Shown here one piece after another: positions 27,146-41,619 of a stretch of DNA of 64,000 nucleotides. Made by a program: the position numbers and the translations under genes. The notes under the pieces were generated by a model. It searched no databases, was not told the DNA's origin, and saw only the letters and a program-made list of their open reading frames with translations. The DNA is from Octopus vulgaris (Eukaryota), in assembly GCA_951406725.2 (NCBI GenBank), contig OX597819.1, forward strand, positions 49,042,001 to 49,106,000, given 5' to 3'. Within the stretch, counting starts at the first letter, position 1. Each line of letters begins with the position of its first letter.

Positions 27146-29541
27146 ATAATTCTATGATTTTTACACAAACATTCATAACAGGTCAATGTTAAGACCATTC
27201 AGTATATAATCTGATACTCTGCCCCCCCCTCCCTCCAGTTGGGTGCAGGGGAGGGAAATAATCAGGTTTGAGTCAGTCAATCATAAATGAGACACATACA
27301 TATGCTACACATTTTTATGGGCACACATGTGCATGAGCATACGCACACACATACACACACACACATATTTACACACACATACACCCACATGCATACCAAA
27401 ATACACACACCTCCTTTTCAATGCAAAAAGCATTGATACAAGTATTTTCACTTGAAATAAACCAAAGATTAAACTACAAGATTTATAACAGGTTTTTATG
27501 TCTATCTACACACACACACACGCACACATACACACACATACACACACACACGCAGACACACACAAAAAAAAAGAAAAGAAAAGAAAGCCACTCTGATTTT
27601 TCTATGGCTAACATATTTGCAATCAAACTGGTCATTAACAAATGAAATATGTTATTATTTCATTACTGATTTTCCTCTCCAAATGAACATTTTTGACGCC
27701 TACTCATAGTCATTATTTTATATCGAAACAGTTGATTCTCTTACCATTAGTAATCTAGTAAGTAAGAAGGTTATTTTCCTGAAGAAGCCTATTAAAACTG
27801 AAGCATGTCTAGAGTTGATGCCCCTTGCTTATCTCATTGCACAAGTATTATTAATCGATTAAATTTATTTTCCTCAATGCATTAATTTATAGTGATAAAA
27901 TGAAGAATGGGATTAGCTGGTCATGTTCTGTGACAACTATTTCATTGGTATGCAGAAACAGTACTGATTTCAAATTTTAGAAAAAGGCCTGTAAATTTGG
28001 GGGAGGGGTTAAATCGATTACACCAACTCCACTGCTCAACTGGGGCTTATTTTATTGACCTTGAAACAATGAATGAAAAACTCAACCCTGGTGGAATTTG
28101 AACTCAGAATGCATGTGTAATATATGTGTATGATTACCTTGTTGGCTTGGTGCATACTGCTGGCCCTGAATAGGACAAGGAAGAGGAACAACTTGGTTTA
28201 CATGATATTGAACCTTTCAAAAAGAACTGAAGGTTATCAACAGATCAAACGTTGGGGAATATGTGGAAGAACATGCAATCAATCACGAAAGCTGTTAGAG
28301 AACTGCTGCCAATGTGGAAATATTTACAAGATATATTTACAGACCGATTGGCCTTAATTATAATGTCGTTAGTTTAACCAATTAAGGTTCAACCACAACG
28401 CAAGCATAATTGTTTTCTCTTTATATTTGTTTCAGTCTATCTAACTGAAAAATGAGTTAGCAATGGAATTCAATGAAGATGCCTCTATATGATCATGCAG
28501 CCTGCTAGAAATATTGGCCAAATCTTCCTCAATTCACACCCTACTGCTTTAAAAAAGAGGAGTACATTGAACAGTGTAGTGTAGTCACTAAACTGCAAAG
28601 TAGACAGGAAGGATAGTTTTAGATAGAACAACTTAGATTATAGGTCTATTTACTCAAAAGGGGTGATCTTGGGCTATATAACAACAAGAAAAATAGGTAT
28701 CAAATCAACTTCCTTTACATCTTAGGGGTCTAACCAATTCAGTAAAATGCCTACCCACCTCTCTGAACTCTAAGATGGAGATAGGTATGTTAAAAAAAAA
28801 TTCAAGAAAAAGAAAGCTAGTAGAATAAGTAAATGAGAAAAACTTCAAAACTTCGCTCAAAGTGATTTTTAATATCTAAGTCTGATATACAGAACCTCCT
28901 AAACTCAATCATGGGTGTCCTGGGAATAGTTAAATTCCTCTTTCAATGATTAATGAGCAGGGATGTAATCTCCAGGTATTTTCCCAAAGTCCCAGAATTA
29001 GGAAATATGAGAAAACTGTTACAGAATTACTTAAGCAGATGAAAATTAAAGTTTCTTGTACCTAAGACTTCTGTGTGTCTGGCTAAGTGGGTGGGCTGAT
29101 TAGATCAAAGTTTTGAAGCAAGGCTATTAATCTCTGTGGATGAGTAGTTATGAGTTATTTAAATTTGCTAACTTGTCATACCTGCTTGTGTATAGTATTT
29201 CACATTTACTTAGTGATTCTATCATGCGTAGTTCAGTAGGTAAAGCGAAGTCTATGTTTTGCTAAGGAGGTGTAATAAAACTGAAACATGTCTGGATTTG
29301 TGTCCCATACTTACTGAAATGATTGAAATAATAATAGTGATTGAATTATGTTATCATTTCTTCATCACATAAGTCTTTCTAATCAGATTTTAGATGATCC
29401 CTATATTAAATATGTTAACTGCATGGAGTTGTTGTCATCGTCATCGTCGTCATCGTCATCATCACCGCCATCGTCGTTGTCATCATCATCATCATCATCA
29501 TCATTATTATTTTAGTGTCTGTTTTCCATTTTGGCATAATG

Positions 29542-29602
<61 letters not shown>

Positions 29603-29991
29603 CCAGTGCCGATACCAGTTCTACCTGACTGGCTCCCATGCTGGTGGCATGTTAAAAAGCACCCACAACACTCTTGAAGTGGTTGGCATTAGGAAGGGCA
29701 CACAGCTGTAGAAACCTTGCCAGATCAGATTGGAACATGGTGCAGCCTCCCAGCTTGCCAGTCCTCAGTCAAACTGTCCAGTCCATGCTAGCATGAAAAG
29801 TGGATGTTAAATGGTGATGATATATATATATATTAAATTCAACTTATGTTGAAAGTCAACTAACAAAGTTTGCTTTAGAAGCGTTGAAAGATATAGATTA
29901 GGAAATAATTTTATTCTCAAATACAGTATAAGGCTAATAATATAGCATGAACAGGATAAACTATCTGTATTTTGCAGAAAAGTCTGTCGAC

Positions 29992-30064
29992 AGCCAGCCA
30001 TGAGACTCGAACTCACATCCCTGTGATTACTCGTCAAGTGCCTTACCATTAAGCTAAACTGCCC
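29992..30064 (-). tRNA. tRNA-Thr(AGT)-like pseudogene or tRNA-derived repeat head
   Basis: GGGCAGT TT A GCTT AATGGTA AGGC A CTTGA CGAGTAA TCACA GGGAT GTGAG TTCGAGT CTCAT G GCTGGCT. A and B boxes, D arm and T arm are recognisable. The anticodon stem has two mismatches, U33 is replaced by G, and the acceptor stem has one mismatch. Confidence 0.7.
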
Positions 30065-30612
30065 AGCATCAAATTCTTCTGCAGTTTTGGGATATATAAA
30101 TCTAGCTTTATAAGATGCTATTGTACATTAAATTCAACTTATGTTGAAAGTTTGCTTTAGAAGCATCCGCCGATAGATTTTCTGTAAAATATGGGATAAA
30201 TTATCCCTATTTTGCAGAAAATATATATATATATCCATACATATATATGTGTTCTCTCACTCTTCCTCCTTGACTCTCTTGTTGCTCACATATGACCAAT
30301 GGCTATCCATCTTTCTTTCTTCTAATCTTATATTTTATATTTCAGCTAATATTAAAAATATATTAAGTGGTTTTGTGTCTAGTATTACAAGAGATTTGAA
30401 ACTATAGTATAAGCTTTCAACCAATATGGAGAAAGCTTATCAAGCCATGAACAATCATAGCTACATAGATTGATTGCATATATATATATATATATATATG
30501 AATATATATATGCATATATACATATGAATATATATATATATTCATATGTATATATATGCATATATATACATATGAATATATATATACATATGAATATATA
30601 TATATATATATA

Positions 30613-30822
30613 CTTTTTCACTCTTTTACTTGTTTCAGTCATTTGACTGCGGCCATGCTGGAGCACCACCTTTAGTCAAGCAAATCGACCCTGGGATGTA
30701 TTCTTTGGAAGCCTAGTACTTACTCTATCGGTAACTGCTAAGTTATGGGGACATAAACACACCACCATCGGTTGTCAAGCAATGCTGGGGGGACAAACAC
30801 AGACACACAAACATATACACAC

Positions 30823-30881
<59 letters not shown>

Positions 30882-31044
30882 TACAACAGGCTTCTTTCGG
30901 ATTCCATCTACCAAATCCACTCACAGGGCTTTGGTTGGCCCGAGGCTATAGTAGAAGACACTTGCCCAAGGTGCCATGCAGTGGGACTGAACCCAGAGCC
31001 ATGTGGTTGGTAAGCAAGCTACTTACCACACAGCCACTCCTGCA

Positions 31045-31047
<3 letters not shown>
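30613..31047 (-). mobile_element. SINE family A
   Basis: Near full-length match, flanked by (TA)n. Confidence 0.9.
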
Positions 31048-31106
<59 letters not shown>

Positions 31107-31110
31107 CATA

Positions 31111-31156
<46 letters not shown>

Positions 31157-32906
31157 CATAGACATATATATATATATATATATATCTGTTTATGTACTCC
31201 TCAGAAATGCTTTAAGATTCACATACACACTCGACAGGCTAATGTCAGATTAAACTTGTAAATCATGGATTAAAGATCTATTCTTGATTTATAAAACACT
31301 TACCCAAGGTACTGTATAATGGAACTGAACCCAAAACCACATGGTTGCAAAGCAAGCTTTTTAACACACCCATGTCTGCACTGATGAAAACAATGATTGT
31401 TCTAAGCACCAAATGTCAGTATGATGTAGATATCAAGCTATGTACAGGGTATAGAATCACTTAATTGTTCTTGAACAAGCCTACTTATAATTATTATCAT
31501 CACTGTCATTGTTACAGAAGTGAGTTGGTAGTAGAGCACTTGAGTAAAAATATATAAAAATTTTGTCTCATCTGCTTTTATATTCTTGCTTTGAATTTTC
31601 CCCTATGCAGTCAATAAGGCAAGTATTTGTAATACCAACAACCATTCCCTACATAAAAATGCTTTGTATCTACTCAAAATAAATCAGTATCATTAATATA
31701 CTTGACAAAGTGCAGATAGATTGATGGAAGCGTACAATATTGGACAAAATTCTGTTTAGTTATATGTCTCTATGCTCCGATTCTGAACTCCACAAAGTTC
31801 AACATTGTCTGTCATCTTTCGAGGAGGTGATAAAATAAGTATCAGTCAGGAAATGAGTGTCAGTTTCAATGACTATGATTCTGCCCACCACCAAATTTGA
31901 GGCTTTGTGTGTGTGTGTGTGTGTGTATGTGTTAGAAATTATTGACAAAATTCATAGTTGCATTTATTATGCTCCTTTATGTTCTGGTCTCAAATTTCAA
32001 TAGGGATAAGTTTTGCTTTTAACCCTCTACAGTGGTGGAAGAGATCAATAAACTTCAAGCCAAGTACTAGTTCATCCCTCCCCATAAGTTGATTCATCCC
32101 TCCCCATGAATTTGTTGCTCTGTTCTTGGGTGTGAAATAACAATGCTTTCATATTTTGGCACAGGGCCAGTTATTTGAGGGGAAGGGGCTGAACTTAGAA
32201 TGTAAAGAGCTGAAAGAAATGCCACCAAGCATGTTGTCTAGCATGGTGATGATTCTACCGACTCACCATCCTCAGGTTAGAAATAATAACGATAATAATA
32301 ACTGTCTCTAATTTAGATACAAGGTTAGTAATTTTGAGTGGGAGGGGAGTAATTAGTGCTTATGACTTTAGTACTTGAGATAATTTGTAATTTTGATCCT
32401 GGGAAAATGAAAGACAAAGTTAACCTTAGTGGGGTTTGAACTTCAAACTTAGTGTTGGAAGAAATGACCACAATGATAAATATTATTTTTTAGGGGACAG
32501 TTAGTTGCAGAATTGGTAGACTACTACTGGTATGACTTAATGAAATGTTCAGGCCTACTTTCGTTGGGAAACATATGGTCAGTGGTTGAATGTTTAGTAG
32601 ACTTTTCAATATATCTCCTAAAAAATACTAAAATAAAACATGCTTACTGCTTGAGTGTATCTAAATTTCTTAAACTGAAAGAATGAATGTGTAGATATCA
32701 TACAATTATTGATATAATATTTCTGCTTTTGTAAGGGGAGAAGAAATAACGGAAGACCTATACTGAGATTCAAAGATACGGCAAAAAGGAATATGAAGTG
32801 GAAAGGAATTGGTCATAATAAACCCAAGCGAAAAACCAACTAGAATGGAAAAAGCTTATCAAGTCATGCCAAAGTCATGAATTGTCATAATTGTGACAAC
32901 TGACTG

Positions 32907-32978
<72 letters not shown>

Positions 32979-33659
32979 TACATAAATACATACATACATA
33001 CATACATACATACATACATACATACATACATACATACATACATACATACATACATACATCTTTATATATATGTGTATGTATGTATTTATATCTGTTTATG
33101 TACTCCTCAGAAATGCTTTATAAGATTCACATACACAGTGGACAGGCTAATGTTAGATTAAAGTTGTAAATCTTGGATTAAAGATTTAATCCTGATTTAT
33201 AATCAATGTTACAATGGTTCCACTTCAACTTCTTATTTAACATCTGATATGTGACTTGTTTAACTTGTACTCTTTATTGAAAACTCGTTTTTCTCTCTAT
33301 TCTATAGACATGTCACAAACAGACATGGATGAAGTCACTGTTCATTGTTTTCATTTTGCTGTAAGTTTTCTCTCTCCCTTTCTTACTTGTTTTCAGCCCC
33401 TTCTAATACACTTCCTCCATGCAAACTTCCTTTTAATTTCTTTCTCTTTCATTATGTATATATATATAATTAATAAGTCTGAAAATGAAGCGATTCAATC
33501 GATATGAATTAATCGACGTTACCTACAATTGTTTCAGTTTGCACCGAATTTAAATTCCAAAACATATATAATAATATAAGTTTGCATTTTGAGTACCCTG
33601 GGTGGAAGATCTTCAGGACAAAATGGACATTACAGAGTTAACATTTTGATCAATTGAAA

Positions 33660-34212
33660 TATTGGGTTGGCAACTAAGTTCCCGCTGTTTTTTTAAATTT
33701 TGGAATTTATTGTGTTTTTAAATTTTGGAATCTATTTTTTTTTCGAGAATTCTATTTTTGAATCATTTTGGAATCTAGTTTTTTTTTTTTTTCTAGTTAA
33801 TTTTAGTTAATTTTTGTTTATTTTCAGATCATTAAAATGGAATGACAAGTTAAGAAAAATGAGCATTTTCGACACCTCCTTCTTTTTGCTTTTAATCAAG
33901 GTTCTAAGGCCACAAAAGCTGCTTGCAGCATTTGTGCTGTGTATGGAGAGGGTACCATAGCTGAAAGAACCACTCGTGATTGGTATGCCAAGTTCAAAAA
34001 TGGAAATTTTGACCTCGAAGATGCACCTCATTCTGGCCATCCAGTTGAGTTCAATGAAGAGCGATTAAACCAACTTTTGCATGAAAATTTTCATCAAATG
34101 ACAAGGGAACTGGTAGAGAAAAGGGAATGCTCACACACTGCTATTATGCTTCATAATTCTTCACTCAATGGGAAAGGTTCAGAATTATGAAGCATGGGTT
34201 CAGCATGCTTTT
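33660..34212 (+). mobile_element. Decayed mariner (mellifera-like): 5' TIR and transposase N-terminus
   Basis: TIR-like TATTGGGTTGGCAACTAAGT. From ~33837: ME*QVKKNEHFRHLLLFAF...VYGEGTIAERTTRDWYAKFKNGNFDLED...SGHP...TREL, then a frameshift to LHSMGKVQNYEAWVQHA (WVPHEL-like). Truncated at a (TA)n tract. Confidence 0.85.
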
Positions 34213-35324
34213 GATATATATATATATGAAAAGGATGTGTTATAATACTATTCCACATATGCAAAGACAGCCATACCAACAATCCAACATACCACCATCA
34301 TCAGCTGCCCCATGGATATCATTATGGTTTCGACACCTGGGCAGTACCATTCAATCCATATATATATAACGGGGGTTTAGCTCACAGGTGATTTAAACGA
34401 TTAGGTATGCTAGGAAAGTACTGTAATGGATTACTGGGGCTCCAAGGTTATAGCCAAGACAGTAGTTATGGAACCATTGCAGATTTCCAGTGCAGCGGAT
34501 ATATAATTGTTAAACAGGATGTCAAACATTAAGGCAAGGTAAATATCTCAAGTCATTTACAATATTATTATAGGAAGAAATTCAAAATCTTACAGCTGTT
34601 TCTGGGATATCCCCGAGTAGGAGATATTCCATCATCAGTGACAAATAGGGGAAAAAATATGAAAAATGAGAATGGTATATATCAATGAGATGACAACATA
34701 GAGGAAGGGAATAAAAGAATAAGAAGATGGAAAGAGAGAAGGAAAAAGAAGCACAAAAGTTCATAGATCAACTTTCTGAAGTTATAGAAACCAGAGCATG
34801 AGTTCTTAGGTGCAATCCTGTGTAGATCCATGACCGTAAGTCTTTAGGTGCAATCCTGTGTCTATCCAATCCTGTGTATCTACCATTTGTTATTGAATGT
34901 TGATATGTTCATGTCTTTTTCTTGGGATGTCTACTATATCAGGACTTTAACCACCTGTATACACGTGTGAGTGGGTTCATGCATATGTGCAGGTGTATGC
35001 AGACATGGTTGTGTAGAACCTTGGTTAAATGTTGTCTACTATACTCCCAGCTGACCAAAGCCTTGTAAGTGTATTTGGTAAACGGAAACTGAAAAGCAGT
35101 GTCATTCATTTCAAATATTTTGTGAAAACATGTCTTTAGGAGAATGTTACCTTTCCTGGAAACAGGTGAGGGTTGGCAACAGGAAGGGCATCCATCCAGC
35201 TATAGAAAAGCTGCAGCCAATAAACTCCGTCCAACTCATGCAAGCATGGAAAAGTGGACATTAAAATGATGATAATGATGATGATGACAATGAAAACTCT
35301 TTCTCATGCCTTTCCCCTGACTTT

Positions 35325-35610
35325 CTCAGTGCCTCTCACTTTCTCTCTCCTCCTTCTCTCTGCCTCCCTCCCTCCCTTTCTCTCTGCCTCCCTCCCTTTC
35401 TCTCTGCCTGCCTCCCTTTCTCTCTGCCTCCCTCCCTTTCTCTCTGCCTCCCTCCCTTTCTCTCTGCCTCCCTCCCTTTCTCTCTGCCTCCCTCTCTTTC
35501 CCTCTGCCTGCCTCCCTCTCCCTGCCTGCTTCCCGCCCTCTCTCTGCCTCTCCCACTCTCTTCCTTATCCTCTATGCCTCCCTCCCTCTCTTCCTCTCTT
35601 CACCTCTCTC
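35325..35610. repeat. Polypyrimidine ~20-bp tandem repeat (CTCCCTCCCTTTCTCTCTGC)n
   Basis: About 10 or more units, almost purely pyrimidine on the + strand. Confidence 0.9.
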
Positions 35611-38185
35611 AATAAATGAATAATTTAATATCTTTTAATATAATCACAGATTTTTTTTAGCTATAAAACACCTTATACTTCCTGTTTTCATAGGATCTAT
35701 GTAAGTTTTTATCATTTAAAAATATGCTATAGAACATGTACACTGCCTTACTTATTCAGATGAGCTGATAAAAGTGAGAAACTAGTGATACCAGGAATTC
35801 CTTACATTAGATTTGATTAAAATTGCATATTAAGATGCAATGAGTAGATTAGAAACAGGGTAGATGTAAAGTGGCTCAAAGTGGAATGGAGTTGTGGTAA
35901 ACCAAAGTAAATGTAGAATTAAGAAGAAGCTAATAGTCTGGAGAATTGTGAATTATAGTGAATCAAGATAGAGGCATGTATATATATAGAGAGAGAGAAC
36001 AAAAAAGCAAAAAAAAATTTAAAGTTGAAAAACAACAATGATATATATTCTGTACTTGTTTCAGTCATTTGACTGCGGCCATGCTGGAGCACCGCCTTTT
36101 AGAGTGGTGAAAGAGTACAGCAGGGATCACCACCTCCTGCCGGAGCCTCGTGGAGCTTTTAGGTGTTTTCGCTCAATAAACACACACAACGCCCGGTCTG
36201 GGAATCGAAACTGCGATCCTCCGACCGCAAGTCCGCTGCCCTAACCACTAGGCCATTGCGCCTCCACATATGTTGATAGATCATCATCATCATTGTCATA
36301 ATCATCATCATTGTCATAATCATCATCATTAAGGCACCATATCCATTCTTAAACTAGCGTCAATAAACGATGATGGTGATGGCGGTGATGATGCTACAAA
36401 AATACCCCCAAGAGAAGAAACCAATAAGCTATTATGATGATGCTCAATATGCTAGATAAAGCACACAGACACGTGATGATGATGATGATGATGATGATGA
36501 TGCATAATAAACATGGAGAGAAAGGGAAAGAAAGAGGTGGAGAGAATACACAAAGAAACTCATATATACCACCACCACCACCACCACCACACACTGTCTG
36601 TCTGTCTGTCTCTTACTCTTGTCCACATGCAAATACAATTATTTAGCATGAGACTGGATGAAATGATTTTCATTGCTTATTAATATCACTAAAGCTGTGT
36701 ATATTTGTTAATGCAAGGAACTGTTACAGGAGGTGTGTGTGTGTGTGTGTGAGGGGGTGGGAGGACGGAGGGTGAAAGAAAGAGAATTAATGCTGGGAAG
36801 AAAACTAGAATTCAGAACACAAAGGACAATGGTATGTGCTTGCATGGACAGACAAAAAGACTGATTGTTACACAGTCTGACAATTGCATGCAAAGTAAAG
36901 AAAGAATTTTGAATGGAGGCTAAGGAAAATGAGAATTTAACCTCTGGCAGGTCGTTAAAAATGATTCTGATAGTTGAGAGTGACTGATGAAACTCAAATT
37001 GGCATTTTCTGAACCAAAAGCCATATGTTATGTTGGATATAATGCAGTAGCTGTTGTATGTCTTGATATTGGTGGGGGTTTTGTAAGATTGGGGGTTTTG
37101 TAAGATTGACTAGTTGAGGAGAATGAATCCAAAATGTGGATCTTTATTATGTAATGAAAATGATATTCAAAAGCTATCTTTATAACGCTGAGCTGAAGGA
37201 GAGAAAAGTACTGTTTGACCATTAAAAACTTTGGTTTATACCTCACAAAGGAGATGACAAAGGACTGAGATATATAGTACATTGCTGTACTCAAGAGGAC
37301 CTGTCTACCCATGTAAAAAGTATTAGTGCTGGTGCCATGTAAAAAACACTGGTGCTGGTGCTATGTAAAAACACTGGTGCTGGTGCCACATAAAAAGCAC
37401 TGGTGCTGGTACCATGTAAAAAGCAATGATGATAATGCTATGTAATAAGCACCGGTGCTGGTGCTACGTACAAAGTAATGGTGATGGTGCCATGTAGAAA
37501 GCACCCAGTACACTCTGTAAAGAGGTTGGTGTTAAGAAGGGCATCTGGCTGTAGAAACCAAGCCAGAACAGACTAAGGAACCTGATGTGGGCCCTGGGAT
37601 CACCAGCTCCTGTAAAACCATCCAGCTCATGCCAGCATAGAAAACTTTTATTAAATGATGATGATGATGGTCATATTCTTGTAGTCTATATAGTGTATAA
37701 ATATGGTCATTATTTGAATGCATTTAGTATTTCTAATTATTATTATACTCTTCAACACCTGAAAGAAATTGTTTCATATGTACTTGTTTATGTAAAAGTA
37801 CAATCATTGCATTTTGTATTTTATGCAACTGGCTTCATTTGTTGGAATAACCCATAGTTTACTCAGCATATAACATGGTGAAGAGAGCTAAGTTCCATAC
37901 TTAATACTCAAATAGCTTAAAGGAGAGAAAGGGATTTCCTCACTTATGCTACCACCACCACACACAAAACTTTTGATATATTATTCATTCAGCAAATAAA
38001 TAAATAAATAAATAAATGAAAAGATCAAAGGGAAAAAACGAACTCCCTCATTTCTGTAGATTATGAAATGTCAGAATGGACACTCAAATCACAGTGTCTA
38101 ATGTGGGATGGCAAGAATGAGGACAAGGATGGTGGCACACAAACCGCTAAGAGAATAAAGTTACTTAAAAAGATAAATGACCTAC

Positions 38186-38571
38186 TGTGTGGTAAGAAGC
38201 TTACTTCCCAACCACGTGGTTCCAGGTTCAGTCCTACTGTGTGGCACCTCAGGAAAGAGTCTTCTACTATAGCCTCAGGCCAACCAAAGTCTTGCAAGTG
38301 GATTTGGTTGACGGAAACTGAAAGAAGCCTGTTGTATTTGTGTGTGTGTGTTTGTGTTTGTGTCAGTGTTTGTCTACACCACTGCGTGACAAATGGTGTT
38401 GGTGTGTTTATGTCCCTGTAACTTTGTGGTTTGGTGAAAAGAAACCAATAGAATAAGTACTAGGCTTAAAAAAATATGTCTTAGGGTTGATGTGTTCTAC
38501 TAAAAAAAAAACCAAAGTGGTGGTCCAGCATGGCTGCAGTCAAGTGACTGAAACAAGTAAAAAATAAAAGA
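38186..38571 (+). mobile_element. SINE family A (older copy)
   Basis: Head, CORE-like segment and tail recognisable. Confidence 0.8.
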
Positions 38572-38583
38572 TAAATAATTTAA

Positions 38584-38803
38584 CCCTTTAGCATTTAAAC
38601 TGACTGTGTCCGGCCGAAATAGTCTACCTGTTTCCCACTCAAATCAGCCAGATCACATCTCTCACACCTACCCTACAATGTCATTCTGAAATACTGAATA
38701 ACATCATCGAAATTTCAAAGCTATTAGATAATGCACAATTAATTAAAAACCAATGTAAATAGATAACCATTACATTTTGCAGAATAATCTGAATGCTAAA
38801 GGG
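38584..38803. mobile_element. piggyBac-type MITE (TTAA TSD)
   Basis: TTAA-CCCTTTAGCATT ... AATGCTAAAGGG-TTAA. A partial inverted relative lies at ~50411-50560. Confidence 0.88.
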
Positions 38804-40650
38804 TTAATAAGAACTGCATTACAAAATGTGTGCTTCTACATTTTTCAATACTCTTCATATATTGTTCATAATTAGTAGCCACATTACAGAATTAACTTCT
38901 GAAAAGTTTTAGTGTATATAATGCATTGGTTTCAAAGATTCATATACATAAATATACACATGAATTGCATTAGCAACTTCTCTATAAACAATAGCCTTCC
39001 CCCAACTTTACCCAAATATCCCCAACACACCTAAGAGATTCTAAATGAGAGCCTTGGGTTAGTGGCATTTTTCTTCTGCACACTAACAAAGAAACAAATC
39101 TATTTAAAATTTTATTAAAGGATATCCTATACTCCATTCTTCTCTTCCTTATAACAATCTTTACAAATTGTATGAAAATATGTCACCATTCTTAGACTGT
39201 GGCTCCAAAATATCTATTTACACTGTTCTCTTTGGCATTATTTGAAAATTTATTTTGAATTCTAGTTAGTTCTCATCTCCTTATTCTTTCTAACATCAGA
39301 TTATATCATCAGCATCATCATACTGTTCTAGCAGGACTGAAATGTGTAAAAGAATAAAGAATTTAACAAACACTTTTCCATGCTTGCATGGGTTAGACAG
39401 AATTTGTTGAGGTAGATTTTCTACGGCTGGACACCGTTCTTGTTAAAATCTTCACCTAGTTCTGACCCAGGTAATATTTTCTCTTAACAAGACATTTTTT
39501 TTCTTGGAAGAATGTAAACAAACAACATTGCTTGTATGACAATGACCATCAATTATAACCAAAATATGCTATCTATACAAGAGTAAACACACACACACAC
39601 ACATATCTGGCCAAGGAAAATATTACCTTACTAGGAAGCAGGCAAGGGTTAGAAACAGAAAGGGTATGTGGCCATAGAAAATCTACCTAAACAAATTCCA
39701 TCTTCTTTCAGTTTCCGTTTACCAAAATCCACTCACAAGGCTTTGGTGAGCCCGAGGCTATAGAAGAAGACACTTGCCCAAGGCGCCACGCAGTGGGACT
39801 GAACCTGGAACCATGTGGTTGGTAAGCGAGCTACTTACCACACAGCCACTCTTGCGCCTATATTAAAAAATCCCTAAATAAAGTTTATGGGGAGTTTATA
39901 GAATCTCACCTCAAAATCATCATCATCCTCATTATCTAATCTCCATTTTCCATGCTGGTATGGGTTGGACGGTTTGATATGGGGCTGGCCAGCTGGGGAG
40001 CTGTCCAGACTCCAATTTTCTGTTGTGGTGTGGTTTCTATGTCTGGACACCCTTCCTAATGCCAACCACTTTACGGAGTGTGATGGGTGCTTTTTTTTAT
40101 GTGCCACCAGTATAGGTGTGTTAATGCAGCACCATTATGAGTGCATTTTATGTGACACTGACATCGGTAAAGGACAAGCCTGTATGTATGGATGACAGCG
40201 ATTCAGTCAGTCAATTGAATTATTCAAAGTACTCTTGATCTTGAGGTAAAACGAGGGCAAATATGAACACCCAACAAGGTATGAAATCTATGCCTTATTA
40301 ATCCCTTAATCAATCATTTGTTATCCAGAGAGAGAGAGAGAGAATCTTGATTATCATGTGATGACCAAAATAAACTATTTGACCAATTTACTCACAGCAA
40401 GCATCATTAAATTCCAGCCATATGTATGACATATTTAAATGATGTGGTTTAAGAAGATTAATTCTGTTGATAAATCTACTTGAGGATGTATATTTTAATT
40501 CATTCAGACTATTCTTGTTACACTGATGTGTTTTAGATTAAGTAGCTAATAATACTAATTGAGTGTCATTATACTAGATTGATGGGTTCATCTCTACTTT
40601 GTTATTCTGTCTTCTGTGAGAAGAATATTTCATGGCGACGATGATGATGC

Positions 40651-40686
<36 letters not shown>

Positions 40687-40769
40687 CAACAATAGGTGGT
40701 GATTTTATCTTCCTTGTAATGTGTGTGTATATAGATATAACATAGATGGTGACTTGATCTCTCCAGTGA

Positions 40770-40808
<39 letters not shown>

Positions 40809-40836
40809 AAGTAGGCCATTGGGAGGATTAAGTCAC

Positions 40837-41396
<560 letters not shown>

Positions 41397-41619
41397 GGCC
41401 ACAGTCTAATGACTGAAACTTCCAGTTTATAGGATGTAAACACACCAATACCAGTTGTCAAGCAAGGGTGGGGGATAAATACTCACACACACACTCACAC
41501 CCTATATCATCCCAACTACTACTGTTACTCAGGGTGTGTTAAGATGTAGCTGTTAGTCTTAGCAGATCAAATGACTATATAAAAGAAGTTCTCTTGCTAG
41601 CTCTGCATGTATATATATA

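Noticed and set aside
34230-34345. Mariner C-terminal APSDYHLFR-like remnant
   Set aside because: Needs several indels to read and no 3' TIR was found, so it was not included in the element.
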